A stretch of DNA of 64,000 nucleotides from Parvularculaceae bacterium. GTDB lineage: Bacteria > Pseudomonadota > Alphaproteobacteria > Caulobacterales > Parvularculaceae. Shown one piece after another: positions 18,896 to 27,831 of the stretch. Under the pieces are notes generated by a model, which was not told where the DNA came from, ran no database searches, and saw only the letters and a program-made list of their open reading frames with translations. Every line of letters begins with the position of its first letter. Position 1 is the stretch's first letter. Both the position numbers and the translations under genes were made by a program. The stretch is from positions 6,351-70,350 of the forward strand of contig JAJFFW010000041.1 in assembly GCA_021776435.1 (NCBI GenBank), written 5' to 3'.

Positions 18896-19894
18896 CTAGT
18901 TCGTAGAAAGACCGATGCCAGCGAGACTCGAGATCGCTGCGACACTGACTACGGTCGACTGGTTATTATGGTAACCGGTTGACTGATTCACATTGATGAT
19001 GCCGGAATTACCTGAAAACGATCCTGTAATCGTATCGTATTTCACAGTATTTTCGTCATCGACAACATTGAAACCATTGACCTGAGCGATACCTGCATCG
19101 GCCAGAGCATAGGCGGCATCGTCGCCAATCGCCGCAGCGAGTGCGTTCGATTGATTGTTACTGTTGCCGGTGTTCTGGTTGAATTGAAGGACGCCAGAGT
19201 TGCCTCTGAAGCTATTATCGATCGTTGCATTCAGATGGCCGGGCGCAAGTGTAATCAATTGGGCCGGCGTGGCGGCAAGGACTTCGTCTAACGAAGCTCC
19301 CGGATCGCCCTGGAATGGGGTCAGTTCGTGGTGAAAGGTTTCGTTGAAGACGTTCACCTGATCTGAATAGGCTTCAGAATGGGCGAATGTGCCAGTAATC
19401 AGAATGGGCTCGCCTGTGGCATTATCGACCTCACCATTGGGCGATCCATTATCAGTAGCGCCTGTCAACGCGATGGAGGCGAAATTGCCCTGTTGGGCCA
19501 TATTACCAGAATCCTGGTTCGCCTGCATAATGCCCTGATTATTATTGAACGAACTCAATGTTTCGGACGTTTTGTTGATCATCATATTTTGGGATTGACT
19601 CAGGGTAGCGGCGTCGCCCTCCGGTCCCAGTTCGCCTTCGTCGCCAAAATAGCTGACGCGATTAAAGCCGTTCCATTGATTGCCGAAAGCATGGGCTTCA
19701 GCGGCGCCCTCCAGATCCCTGTTGAACATGACGTCAATAGTCGCGAATTTAAACTTCACGACGAAGATGTCGATGTCGATACTTTTTGCTTTGTCTACGT
19801 CCCAACTCAAAAAGACATCTGCTTGGGCCGCGCCTGATGCGAACACAGCTGTTGCTGCGACGCCTGACAGGATTATAGCCTTGAGATTTTTCAT
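18896..19894 (-). CDS. secreted amyloid-repeat protein, paralog 2 (FapB/FapC-like)
   Basis: Signal peptide 'MKNLKAIILSGVAATAVFASGAAQA'. Repeats 'SFNNNQGIMQANQDSGNMAQQGNFASIA', 'SFRGNSGVLQFNQNTGNSNNQSNALAAA', 'SFSGNSGIINVNQSTGYHNNQSTVVSVA'. Confidence 0.7.
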   Translation of the reverse strand: MKNLKAIILSGVAATAVFASGAAQADVFLSWDVDKAKSIDIDIFVVKFKFATIDVMFNRDLEGAAEAHAFGNQWNGFNRVSYFGDEGELGPEGDAATLSQSQNMMINKTSETLSSFNNNQGIMQANQDSGNMAQQGNFASIALTGATDNGSPNGEVDNATGEPILITGTFAHSEAYSDQVNVFNETFHHELTPFQGDPGASLDEVLAATPAQLITLAPGHLNATIDNSFRGNSGVLQFNQNTGNSNNQSNALAAAIGDDAAYALADAGIAQVNGFNVVDDENTVKYDTITGSFSGNSGIINVNQSTGYHNNQSTVVSVAAISSLAGIGLSTN

Positions 19895-19916
19895 GACTTA
19901 CATTTCTCCCAATGAA

Positions 19917-21020
19917 TTAAAAAGCGCCGCTGACAGTATTGGCGGCGGGATTACCGACGACAGAAAGCGAAACGACATTCGCCTGGTTCGCCATATTGCC
20001 GGTCGTCTGATTGAAACCAATGATTCCGGAGTTTCCGTTGAAAGATCCGTTGATGCGGGACAGCTTATTAATGCCGACGAGGCCATCTCCTGAGTCGGAT
20101 TCCATCACTTCATTGAAAACAGTGTATTGGCCAAGGTCCGCTTCAGACAACGCCACACCCGTTTCGGCAAGTGAAACAGCAAGGGATAGCGCGTTAGCCT
20201 GATTGTTCATATTACCAGCGGCTTGGTTCCCGTGGAGAACGCCGGAATTGCCAGAAAACGATGCATCGACAACTGCGTTCCTGAATACGACGTTCACTGT
20301 CTTCACGTGGTTTGCGAAAAGAGAGGGATCTGTCGGTAGAAATGCAGCGCCATCAGCGTTGAGGCCCGCGAGAACAGCACTACGTACGAGGTCGACGTTT
20401 GCGAAACCACCCTGATCAAGCGGCGCGTCTGGGAAACTCGAGGTGTAGCTCCCAAAATTACCTTCCGATGCATCACTGAGGGGGTTCTCGGGACCGCCAT
20501 TGATCGATGCGGCCGTTCCTTCGTCGGGGCGCAGGAATACGACGCCGTTATTTTGGCTGACTGCGGCCTGAGATTCGGCGAAGCCGCCCGGCGTGCGCGG
20601 ATGTTCACCCGTTGTAGGTGGCTCACCCGGAGTTGTCGGGGGCAATGGACTATCGGGCGCGCCCGAGAAGTCATAGGCGATTGAGGTCGCACTGCCTTGG
20701 TTGTTCTGGTTACCGCTAGCCTGGTTTGCAGAAATAAGACCGGTGCTGTTGTTGAAGGACTGAAAGATATAATCCTGCTTTTCCGCACAATTGGAACAAG
20801 CAGTATTTGCAAAGTTGTTTTGATTGACGAGAGCGAAAGATTCAGCGAATTTTTCCGCATCGATAAAAATATTGGCATCAGCCGTTATGAATTTAGCAAT
20901 GCCAATTCTCTCAAAAATCAAAATGTCTTTCTCATGTTGTATAGCGACGTTGAGGTCGCCATCTGCTAAAGCGGGTGTGACGGCTAATAGAGATGCCCCC
21001 GCAAACAATAGCTTCTTCAT
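19917..21020 (-). CDS. secreted amyloid-repeat protein, paralog 1 (FapB/FapC-like) with Pro/Thr-rich linker
   Basis: ATG at 21020 preceded by GGAGAA. Signal peptide 'MKKLLFAGASLLAVTPALA'. Repeats 'SFNNSTGLISANQASGNQNNQGSATSIA', 'SFSGNSGVLHGNQAAGNMNNQANALSLA', 'SFNGNSGIIGFNQTTGNMANQANVVSLS'. CxxC ('CSNC') and a 'PLPPTTPGEPPTTGEHPRTPGG' linker. Confidence 0.7.
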   Translation of the reverse strand: MKKLLFAGASLLAVTPALADGDLNVAIQHEKDILIFERIGIAKFITADANIFIDAEKFAESFALVNQNNFANTACSNCAEKQDYIFQSFNNSTGLISANQASGNQNNQGSATSIAYDFSGAPDSPLPPTTPGEPPTTGEHPRTPGGFAESQAAVSQNNGVVFLRPDEGTAASINGGPENPLSDASEGNFGSYTSSFPDAPLDQGGFANVDLVRSAVLAGLNADGAAFLPTDPSLFANHVKTVNVVFRNAVVDASFSGNSGVLHGNQAAGNMNNQANALSLAVSLAETGVALSEADLGQYTVFNEVMESDSGDGLVGINKLSRINGSFNGNSGIIGFNQTTGNMANQANVVSLSVVGNPAANTVSGAF

Positions 21021-21243
21021 CGAGTTCTCCTTTTTCGAGAAGGGAGCCCCAAAACGGTCCGGCCCCAAGTGCAATTTGATCTTTGCCCGAGATGCTTCGG
21101 CGAAAATTAAAATTTCTTAACTAATCGAAATATTTCTCGATATAAGAGTGAGATGTGAATTTATGCGTACACTGGTGTTTTGCGTGCGTCCGCTCTCATC
21201 GATTCGCTTTGTGTTTTCACCCTGAAAAAACGATTATGATCGC

Positions 21244-21537
21244 ATGCCCAAGAACAGCGAACAATCTTCGAGTCATCCCCATAGGAGAAAACGGACTTTC
21301 ATCGTGAATGGCCGAGCATCTGATGCGGCAGGAAAACCGCCCATCTTTAAGGTTTTGCGCCCCGCTTCGATTTCACGAAAGCCTCAATATATAGAGATTA
21401 AAAAAGCGACCGATAAAATATGGCTTCTCTATGTTTATAATAAAGACGCCGATAGCCCAACTTGCTATGCATTCCATAGCCGTGAAGATGCGCTCGCCGC
21501 CTACGAAGAAATTTGGCCGGAGGCGTCTCGCGAGTAA
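21244..21537 (+). CDS. hypothetical protein (97 aa)
   Basis: ORF only, with no recognisable motif. Its 3' end overlaps the convergent FNR-like gene by 37 nt. Confidence 0.3.
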   Translation: MPKNSEQSSSHPHRRKRTFIVNGRASDAAGKPPIFKVLRPASISRKPQYIEIKKATDKIWLLYVYNKDADSPTCYAFHSREDALAAYEEIWPEASRE

Positions 21538-22286
21538 GGACTTGCTTTGAAATCTTTGTTCCTCTTTTCATGACGGGCTGAAAACGACCTGAGGGCTTCA
21601 ACGTCAAGGATGGTCAATTTTCCACGACCGATCTCAACCACATTTTGACTTTCCAACGTTTTAAGAATTTTGTTGACATAAACGGATGTCAGGCTAATTG
21701 CATCGGCGATGTCGATTTGTCGTAGAGGTAACACCAATGGTTTTGTGTCTGGGGAGCGCCGGCGGCTTTGTGCACGATTAGACAGTTCCACCAAAAGATC
21801 CAACAGACGGTCAAGCGCGGACCCGCCAACGGCATTTATGAGATGCCGGTGCCAACGGTCCTGTTGCATGTCGGCAATATCAGATATGCGCAAGCCTATT
21901 TCTGGGTGATCTTCGATTAATCTACGCATTCGAGTGTGTGGGATTGTGCAGATGGCTGCGTCAGTAAGGCATTCAGCGGTGAAAGTTGAGGACGGACTGG
22001 CCGATGTCATGTGTCCAAAAGTATCGCCGGCGACCAGTATTTCTAGCACTCTGCGCGCACCGGAGCTGTCGTGATGGAATAGCGATATCCATCCGGCAAT
22101 AACTTGGTGATAATGATGAAGCACGTCTCCCTGCTGAACAATCATAGCGTGAGAGCGGAAAACACGATCGGACAGCTTAGCTTCTTCGAGAAGATGGGTG
22201 TATTCTGTTGGTACAGCACCGCATAGGTCGCCGTGCCGATTAAAGCAATGGGCGCAATGCGACGGTATAATAGGTGTCGACGGCAT
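21501..22286 (-). CDS. Crp/Fnr-family transcriptional regulator, FNR-type (N-terminal Cys cluster)
   Basis: 'SHCAHCFNRHGDLCGAV' (C-x2-C-x7-C) plus the central 'AAICTIPH' Cys, as at the FNR [4Fe-4S] ligand positions. cNMP-binding beta-roll. C-terminal HTH 'RQIDIADAISLTSVYVNKILKTLE'. ATG at 22286 has a GGAGAA SD. Confidence 0.8.
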   Translation of the reverse strand: MPSTPIIPSHCAHCFNRHGDLCGAVPTEYTHLLEEAKLSDRVFRSHAMIVQQGDVLHHYHQVIAGWISLFHHDSSGARRVLEILVAGDTFGHMTSASPSSTFTAECLTDAAICTIPHTRMRRLIEDHPEIGLRISDIADMQQDRWHRHLINAVGGSALDRLLDLLVELSNRAQSRRRSPDTKPLVLPLRQIDIADAISLTSVYVNKILKTLESQNVVEIGRGKLTILDVEALRSFSARHEKRNKDFKASPYSRDASGQISS

Positions 22287-22678
22287 ACTTTTCTCCAGAA
22301 ATTTAGAAGTTCTTCCAGTCCGCGAGGTCATGTCAGTCCAACAAGCGCTTCATCCGTTGAAGCGCGGCTAGCCGAGCGTGAATGAGTCTTACTCGGTCGC
22401 GAAATCCTGCTCTGCGTGCAAATACTACGGAAAGCCGGTCACGTGTTCTGATGAAATGCTGGCGTCATGCTTTTCCTCCCCCGAGGCTAGATGGTCCTAC
22501 TCTAAAAGATACATAAATAATAAATATTAGAGATAACTTTGATGCAGATTTAGCAAAATGATTAGTAAAGAATGTATGGGTAAAGAAAGTTGTTAAAGTA
22601 TACAATAACTACCGTGAGTTAAGCCAAAACGTAAGCAAGCCATAGGTTGCGTAGCGGTTACAAATATTCTCAATATCG

Positions 22679-23629
22679 TTAGTATAGATACTGATCGATC
22701 TGAGGTGTCTCCTTGATAAGGTTGGCCTGCGTCAAGGCCCACGCATTGTAATAGGCGTCAGTCAAAACGTTTTTATCCCATACATCAAGGTCGTAGTGTT
22801 GCATGCGAATCCATTCGACGGATTGATCCGCATCAATTGTTATGCCACGGCGATGAAGAAAAATTCGTAAGAGACGTGCTGCGTCATCCGGATCGGCCAT
22901 GATATGGGCCTTTGCTGCACTCCATGCTCTCTTAACAGCGGCAACGGTATCTTCATCATTGGCTAAAATATGCGGAGAAGCGATCAGGGGTTGCGCGCCG
23001 ATATAACCGATTGCATCGGAGATCTCACTCGCGTTGAGTAATAACTGAGCATCGTTTTGCTCAAGCAACAGATCGCCGATTGGCTGCTCGGCGATTGCTG
23101 CATCCATGCCATCACCGAATGCTCGGCCAAGTGAGCCGGGTTCATAATACTTCAAAGTTACGTCGGAAAGATCAATATCGTTGGCATTGAGCAGGCGCGC
23201 AAGCACGACGATAGCATCTGTATCAGGGATTAAGGCTATGGATTTTCCCTTTAGATCAAGGGTATTTTCGATAGCGCTATTTTTATTGACGACTAAAAGA
23301 TGCGCGCTACCCCAGTTATTTATCGCGACCGCTTTGATTTTTGCATTTGCTGCAGCGGCTTGCAATAGAGCCGTTTGAGGCAGCACTGCGAAGTCTGTTG
23401 CTCCAGATGCAAGGGAATTGATAATCGCTTTGTGAGAGGAAACAGCGGCGCCGCTCATATATATGCCCTCGGTAGCCAGAAACCCTCGTTCAGCGGCGAC
23501 GATTGCGGGCACTGCGTCCCATGAACTGGCGTAAGTTATTCTTACGACTTTGAACGTTTGAGCACTGACGACGTTGACTGCGCAAAAGTTCAACGCCAAC
23601 GAAAAGGCCAATAGAATCATCTTGAACAT
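22679..23629 (-). CDS. periplasmic solute-binding protein, NMT1/THI5-like (SsuA/TauA/NrtA-type); orphan
   Basis: Signal peptide 'MFKMILLAFSLALNFCAVNVVSAQ'. Type-2 SBP pattern ('SSWDAVPAIVAAERGFL', 'GKSIALIPDTD'). No adjacent permease or ATPase genes. Confidence 0.6.
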   Translation of the reverse strand: MFKMILLAFSLALNFCAVNVVSAQTFKVVRITYASSWDAVPAIVAAERGFLATEGIYMSGAAVSSHKAIINSLASGATDFAVLPQTALLQAAAANAKIKAVAINNWGSAHLLVVNKNSAIENTLDLKGKSIALIPDTDAIVVLARLLNANDIDLSDVTLKYYEPGSLGRAFGDGMDAAIAEQPIGDLLLEQNDAQLLLNASEISDAIGYIGAQPLIASPHILANDEDTVAAVKRAWSAAKAHIMADPDDAARLLRIFLHRRGITIDADQSVEWIRMQHYDLDVWDKNVLTDAYYNAWALTQANLIKETPQIDQYLY

Positions 23630-24094
23630 AGCTGGAAGTCCCCCCGTCAATCACCGTCATAGCAATTGAGATGTACCACGAATAAACCATTGATAACCAA
23701 AAATAGGAAATCTTGATTCAACTAGTTAAAGTTGAGCCCTATTTTCTCCTCCACCTTCATGGAGAAATGACCCTGGTCTCTTTCAAAAAAAACTTCTCTG
23801 GGGCAAATTCGAGGCGCGGCCCGTGAATGCCCGGAAAGGGTATTGATCCAACTGACTTTCATCCCGTATTTCGGATCGATTCAAGTAAGAAATTTCATTC
23901 CAAATACCGGCCTGTATGCAGACATTATTTTGTTCGTCGCCGTCGGCTCCTCTGTTTTCCAAGTGAAACAAATAATTGCAAAGGGAGAGATCAACGGAAC
24001 CGCAAATTGATGTGATTGCTTTATCAGAGCTATGTTTTTAGATGATTATCTGATACGGAAAGCTAAACAATAGTGGTGAGCGCCGAGGTGAAAA

Positions 24095-24541
24095 ATGTTT
24101 GAGTGGTTGACGCCAGAACTGGGGCAAATCCTTGAGGGCGTGTCCGGGGTTTTTACAGCGTTTCTTGGGGGCTTGGCAATTTTGTATGCAGCTGGCCAAC
24201 TGCATGCTGAAAAAACCCGATCGAAAGTTGAATGGGCAACTAAACTGTTCGCTGACCATCTACAAAGATCTCTTGAGTTTCCTGACCTGGCGACACCTGA
24301 TCCCAAGACATTGAGTGAGATCGACAAGATGCCGCAATATGAGTGGTTCGTTGGCGTAATGCTCTTTACGATGGAAGCGGTTATAAGTGCATTTCCTAGG
24401 AAACGAGTGTGGCTTGCGCGTGTTGAGGGGCAGCTTTTAATTCACAAAGACTATCTTTCTACGGACCGGTGTGAAGAAAGGTACTTACGGGGAACAACCA
24501 CGGAGATGCGCAAAATTGTTAAATTAGTGCTTGACCGGTAA
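24095..24541 (+). CDS. hypothetical membrane protein (148 aa)
   Basis: ORF with an N-terminal hydrophobic helix 'VSGVFTAFLGGLAILYAAG' and a GGTGA SD-like sequence upstream. No family recognised. Confidence 0.4.
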   Translation: MFEWLTPELGQILEGVSGVFTAFLGGLAILYAAGQLHAEKTRSKVEWATKLFADHLQRSLEFPDLATPDPKTLSEIDKMPQYEWFVGVMLFTMEAVISAFPRKRVWLARVEGQLLIHKDYLSTDRCEERYLRGTTTEMRKIVKLVLDR

Positions 24542-24711
24542 TGTGAAGTAATCATTTGATCAAAATTTCATGGCTCATGATATGGCTTCAAAATTCTTTC
24601 CACTGTCATTCAAATCCCTGTTAGGCATGGGCTTTAGAAGTTTTGGACATTATTATTAGAGCGCCGAGAGAAAACCGTTTCACACTTTTCGCTCGATGAT
24701 CTCATCAATAA

Positions 24712-26037
24712 TTATGCGGCTTTTCGCACTTTGGCTTTCTGCTGTGCGCTTTGCTCAGCCTCTTGTTGTCCAGTGATCAACCTCACTCCGCGCTGCCAAG
24801 TCAAATAGGACCAAATCCAGCTTAACCCGATGGTTATACGGTTTCGAAACCCAACAAGATAATAAATGTGTGCAAAGCTCCAAAGAAGCCAACCAAGGAA
24901 TCCGCTGAACCTGAGACCGTAAATATCTGCGATCGCCTTGCCGCGCCCGATCGTCGCCATTGAACCCATATCGTGATAGCGAAAGCTGCTAAGCGCCTTG
25001 CTGCTTCGATCTGTAAGAATGCGGCGCGCCACATATTTTCCCATCTGTTTGGCCACAGCGGCGACACCCGGTAGGGGCTCCGTGTCGCCATCGGGCGTAA
25101 GAGACGCTGTATCGCCGATGGCGAAAATATGAGGATGATCAGCAACGGACAAATCGTCCTTGACGATGATCCGACCCATATTGTCTGTTTCCGCAGCCAG
25201 CCATTTCCCTGCTGGCGACGCCTCAACGCCCGCAGCCCAGATAACCGTGCGGGCGGCGATATGGTGCTCGCCCATGTCGACACCGCCGTCATCCACATGA
25301 TTGACACGCGCGTTCAGGGCAATTTCCACACCCAGGCCTTCAAGATGTTGATGGGCTTTCGCCGACAATTTCGGGTTGAAACGCGACAGCACGCGTTCTC
25401 CGGCATCGGCAAGAATGATCCGAGCGCTGTCTGGGTTGATGTGACGAAAATCATAGACCAGGGAGCACCGAGCAAGTTCGGCGATAGCACCGGCGAGTTC
25501 CGCGCCTGTAGGTCCGGCGCCGACGATTATGAAGGTGAGCCACGCTTTGCGCTTCTCGGCATCGTCCTCCATCTCGGCTTTCTCAAAAGCGGTCAAAATA
25601 CGTTGGCGCAATTCAAATGCGTCATCAATGGTCTTAAGGCCGGGCGCCGCGCGGGCCCATTCATTTTTGCCAAAATAGCTGTGACGAGCGCCTGTGGCGA
25701 GGATGAGATAGTCATAAAAAAGCTGCCGCCCGCCTTTCGTCATTAAGGTTTTGGCTTTTGCATCGACGCCTTCGACTGTGTCCATGAAGACCGTCACGTT
25801 TTTGGCGTTACGGACAACGTGTCTGATCGGTGAGGCAATTTCCGCTGGCGTCAGCGCCGCCGTCGCCACCTGATAGAGCAAAGGTTGAAAGAGATGATAA
25901 TTGTGCCGATCGATCAGCGTTACATCGACTTCTGTATTTGCGAGCACTTTAGTCGCCTCAAGGCCGCCAAACCCAGCGCCGACAATTACGACATGCGGGC
26001 GCGCGTTCTCGCTCGCTTCATCTTGCTTATTGTGCAA
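24712..26037 (-). CDS. ndh: type II NADH:quinone oxidoreductase (NDH-2)
   Basis: 441 aa. Two Rossmann motifs 'VVIVGAGFGGLE' and 'FIIVGAGPTGAELAG', 'FAIGD', and a C-terminal membrane-association helix. Confidence 0.88.
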   Translation of the reverse strand: MHNKQDEASENARPHVVIVGAGFGGLEATKVLANTEVDVTLIDRHNYHLFQPLLYQVATAALTPAEIASPIRHVVRNAKNVTVFMDTVEGVDAKAKTLMTKGGRQLFYDYLILATGARHSYFGKNEWARAAPGLKTIDDAFELRQRILTAFEKAEMEDDAEKRKAWLTFIIVGAGPTGAELAGAIAELARCSLVYDFRHINPDSARIILADAGERVLSRFNPKLSAKAHQHLEGLGVEIALNARVNHVDDGGVDMGEHHIAARTVIWAAGVEASPAGKWLAAETDNMGRIIVKDDLSVADHPHIFAIGDTASLTPDGDTEPLPGVAAVAKQMGKYVARRILTDRSSKALSSFRYHDMGSMATIGRGKAIADIYGLRFSGFLGWLLWSFAHIYYLVGFRNRITIGLSWIWSYLTWQRGVRLITGQQEAEQSAQQKAKVRKAA

Positions 26038-26485
26038 TGGGACCCTCTTTGCTTCGCTTGCTCTCTTTGCGAATGTCTGTTGGACGAATGCTCGGTGAGA
26101 AAATATCAGTTCGCGCGTTGGTCATAGTGATCCGCTGTTCGCCAAAGGCAAATCGTAATCGCGTGAGTGAAACGAATGTCTTGCACACGCGGTAGTGAGT
26201 TTTGTTAATCGGAAATTGAGAATGTCTGGAGGATTACCAAGGTTGCGCCGCTTTATGGCATCAATGTTTTTCTCGAGCTCTTCCGGTTCGGACATGTCCA
26301 CGAGATCGTCCACGGAATCTTCGATCCAAAATGTCCAGAACAGCAATACTCACCGCCATGGGATGGTTTTGTATGTCACTGCAAACAATCGCCAGATAAT
26401 GGCGGCGGGAATTGAGTTCCGTCTTGAGTGTCGCGTACGATGATCGATCAACCCGAGCACAAGCAACTTGCTATGGCAATGAGAG

Positions 26486-26525
26486 GACGCCCGAACTCAA
26501 GTTGTGTTCTTGGTGTTCGGGCGTC
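26486..26525. terminator. 11-bp-stem hairpin downstream of the cytochrome operon
   Basis: GACGCCCGAAC-N18-GTTCGGGCGTC followed by TTTGA on the plus strand. The loop is long and the orientation ambiguous. Confidence 0.3.
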
Positions 26526-26669
26526 TTTGATAAATGAAAGCAAGCTGCGTTAGTCGAATTTACTGCATCTTGCTCCGGGTTACAGTGGTCGCGTGGTTTA
26601 ACGCGAGAAAGGTTACACACAACATTTCGCTCGGCGCACTAGCGTCGCACATGGAGAAGGGCAGGGTTG

Positions 26670-27047
26670 CTATTTCGGGCAACCGTCCTCTTTGCACAGC
26701 GCGCGAACATAATTCATTAGCCCTTCTATTTCGTCAGTAGACAGCCGATTGCCCCATGGGGGCATCAACGAATCGAGAGTGTTTACCGGGCCCCCATGCG
26801 TGAGCGTTTTAATGATCATTGGGCCGGTAAATTTCGACATTTCCTTTGCCGCCGTAAGGTTCATTGGTCCAACAGGCAGCTCATCGACGGAGTTTATTCC
26901 ATTGCCAGTGCCGTCAACACCGTGGCATTGAGCGCAATACCAGTCGAAATTCTCTTTCGGCGTGGCGGCAAATCCCGGTGTCGTCTGCGCAAGGAAAGAC
27001 AGACTGGAGAGCGTTGCGATGGCTAGGTTGTACTTGGTTTTCATCAT
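26670..27047 (-). CDS. monoheme class-I c-type cytochrome (periplasmic)
   Basis: 125 aa. Signal peptide, one CXXCH (CAQCH), distal 'MPPWG' Met. Start overlaps the upstream stop (TAATG). Confidence 0.85.
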   Translation of the reverse strand: MMKTKYNLAIATLSSLSFLAQTTPGFAATPKENFDWYCAQCHGVDGTGNGINSVDELPVGPMNLTAAKEMSKFTGPMIIKTLTHGGPVNTLDSLMPPWGNRLSTDEIEGLMNYVRALCKEDGCPK

Positions 27048-27769
27048 TATTCTCCATCTTCGCCAAGGCTGGTGATATATTGGGCGAGCAGTCGCAATTC
27101 GTCATCCGTATACGCTTCGAAGGCCTCGTCGCCATAAACGGGCATGCGCCCATTGGGATAATAGCGAGCGTTATCCTGGAGCATGAAGTAGACCCAATCG
27201 CCATTCAGCCGCTGACCGCCTGTAGTAAATGATGGTCCGGTGAAACCGCCGATATTGCCACGCGAAGATGGGTATTCATGACAACCGAAGCAGACTTGCT
27301 TTTTGGTAAACAGCTTTTCGGCTTTGAATTCGACGCGACGGCTGAGCGGTTCATCCACCACTTCATCGATACTCATTTCAGCATCGACCAAGGACATTAG
27401 ATAGGCGCCGACATCTGCCGCCTCTGCTGTAGAAAGGGCTACATGATCATTGGCGCCTTTCACAAGTGTGCCGTATTTCACACGACGAATTGGGGTCGGA
27501 CTTTCAAGCCAGGTCAGCAACCAGTCTTCATTGAACTTGCTCCCTGCAAACCATAGTGGCGGGCCCTTTATCTTCGAGCGTTGCGCGACTGGCAGCGGTT
27601 CACTCGGGCCGGTCATTTGGTGGCAATTTTCGCAAGCTTTGGCGTCAAATATCTGCTTGCCTTCCGTTACGCCGGCCAATGCGGCAGGCGAGAGCACCCC
27701 CCCGGCGACGGCAAGCATGCCGGCGCCAATCAGGCCCTTGGCCAGGCCAAACAATTTTGTTCGCTTCAT
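27047..27769 (-). CDS. diheme c-type cytochrome (periplasmic)
   Basis: Two CXXCH sites (CENCH, CFGCH). Signal peptide 'MKRTKLFGLAKGLIGAGMLAVAGGVLSPAALA'. ATG at 27769 with GGAG upstream. Confidence 0.85.
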   Translation of the reverse strand: MKRTKLFGLAKGLIGAGMLAVAGGVLSPAALAGVTEGKQIFDAKACENCHQMTGPSEPLPVAQRSKIKGPPLWFAGSKFNEDWLLTWLESPTPIRRVKYGTLVKGANDHVALSTAEAADVGAYLMSLVDAEMSIDEVVDEPLSRRVEFKAEKLFTKKQVCFGCHEYPSSRGNIGGFTGPSFTTGGQRLNGDWVYFMLQDNARYYPNGRMPVYGDEAFEAYTDDELRLLAQYITSLGEDGE

Positions 27770-27831
27770 TGAGCACTCCAATTTCCGTTTTCCGTACACG
27801 CTGGTCAGAGCGCGTTCCGATCCCCCGCAGC

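Noticed and set aside
22539-22552. TTGATgcagATTTA as an FNR/FixK box upstream of the FNR-like gene.
   Set aside because: Only 3 of 5 positions match in the second half-site. It lies in a very AT-rich stretch where such matches arise by chance.
26122-26346. 74-aa acidic ORF upstream of ndh (minus strand).
   Set aside because: No SD or motif. It overlaps an equally long plus-strand ORF, so coding status cannot be supported from sequence alone.
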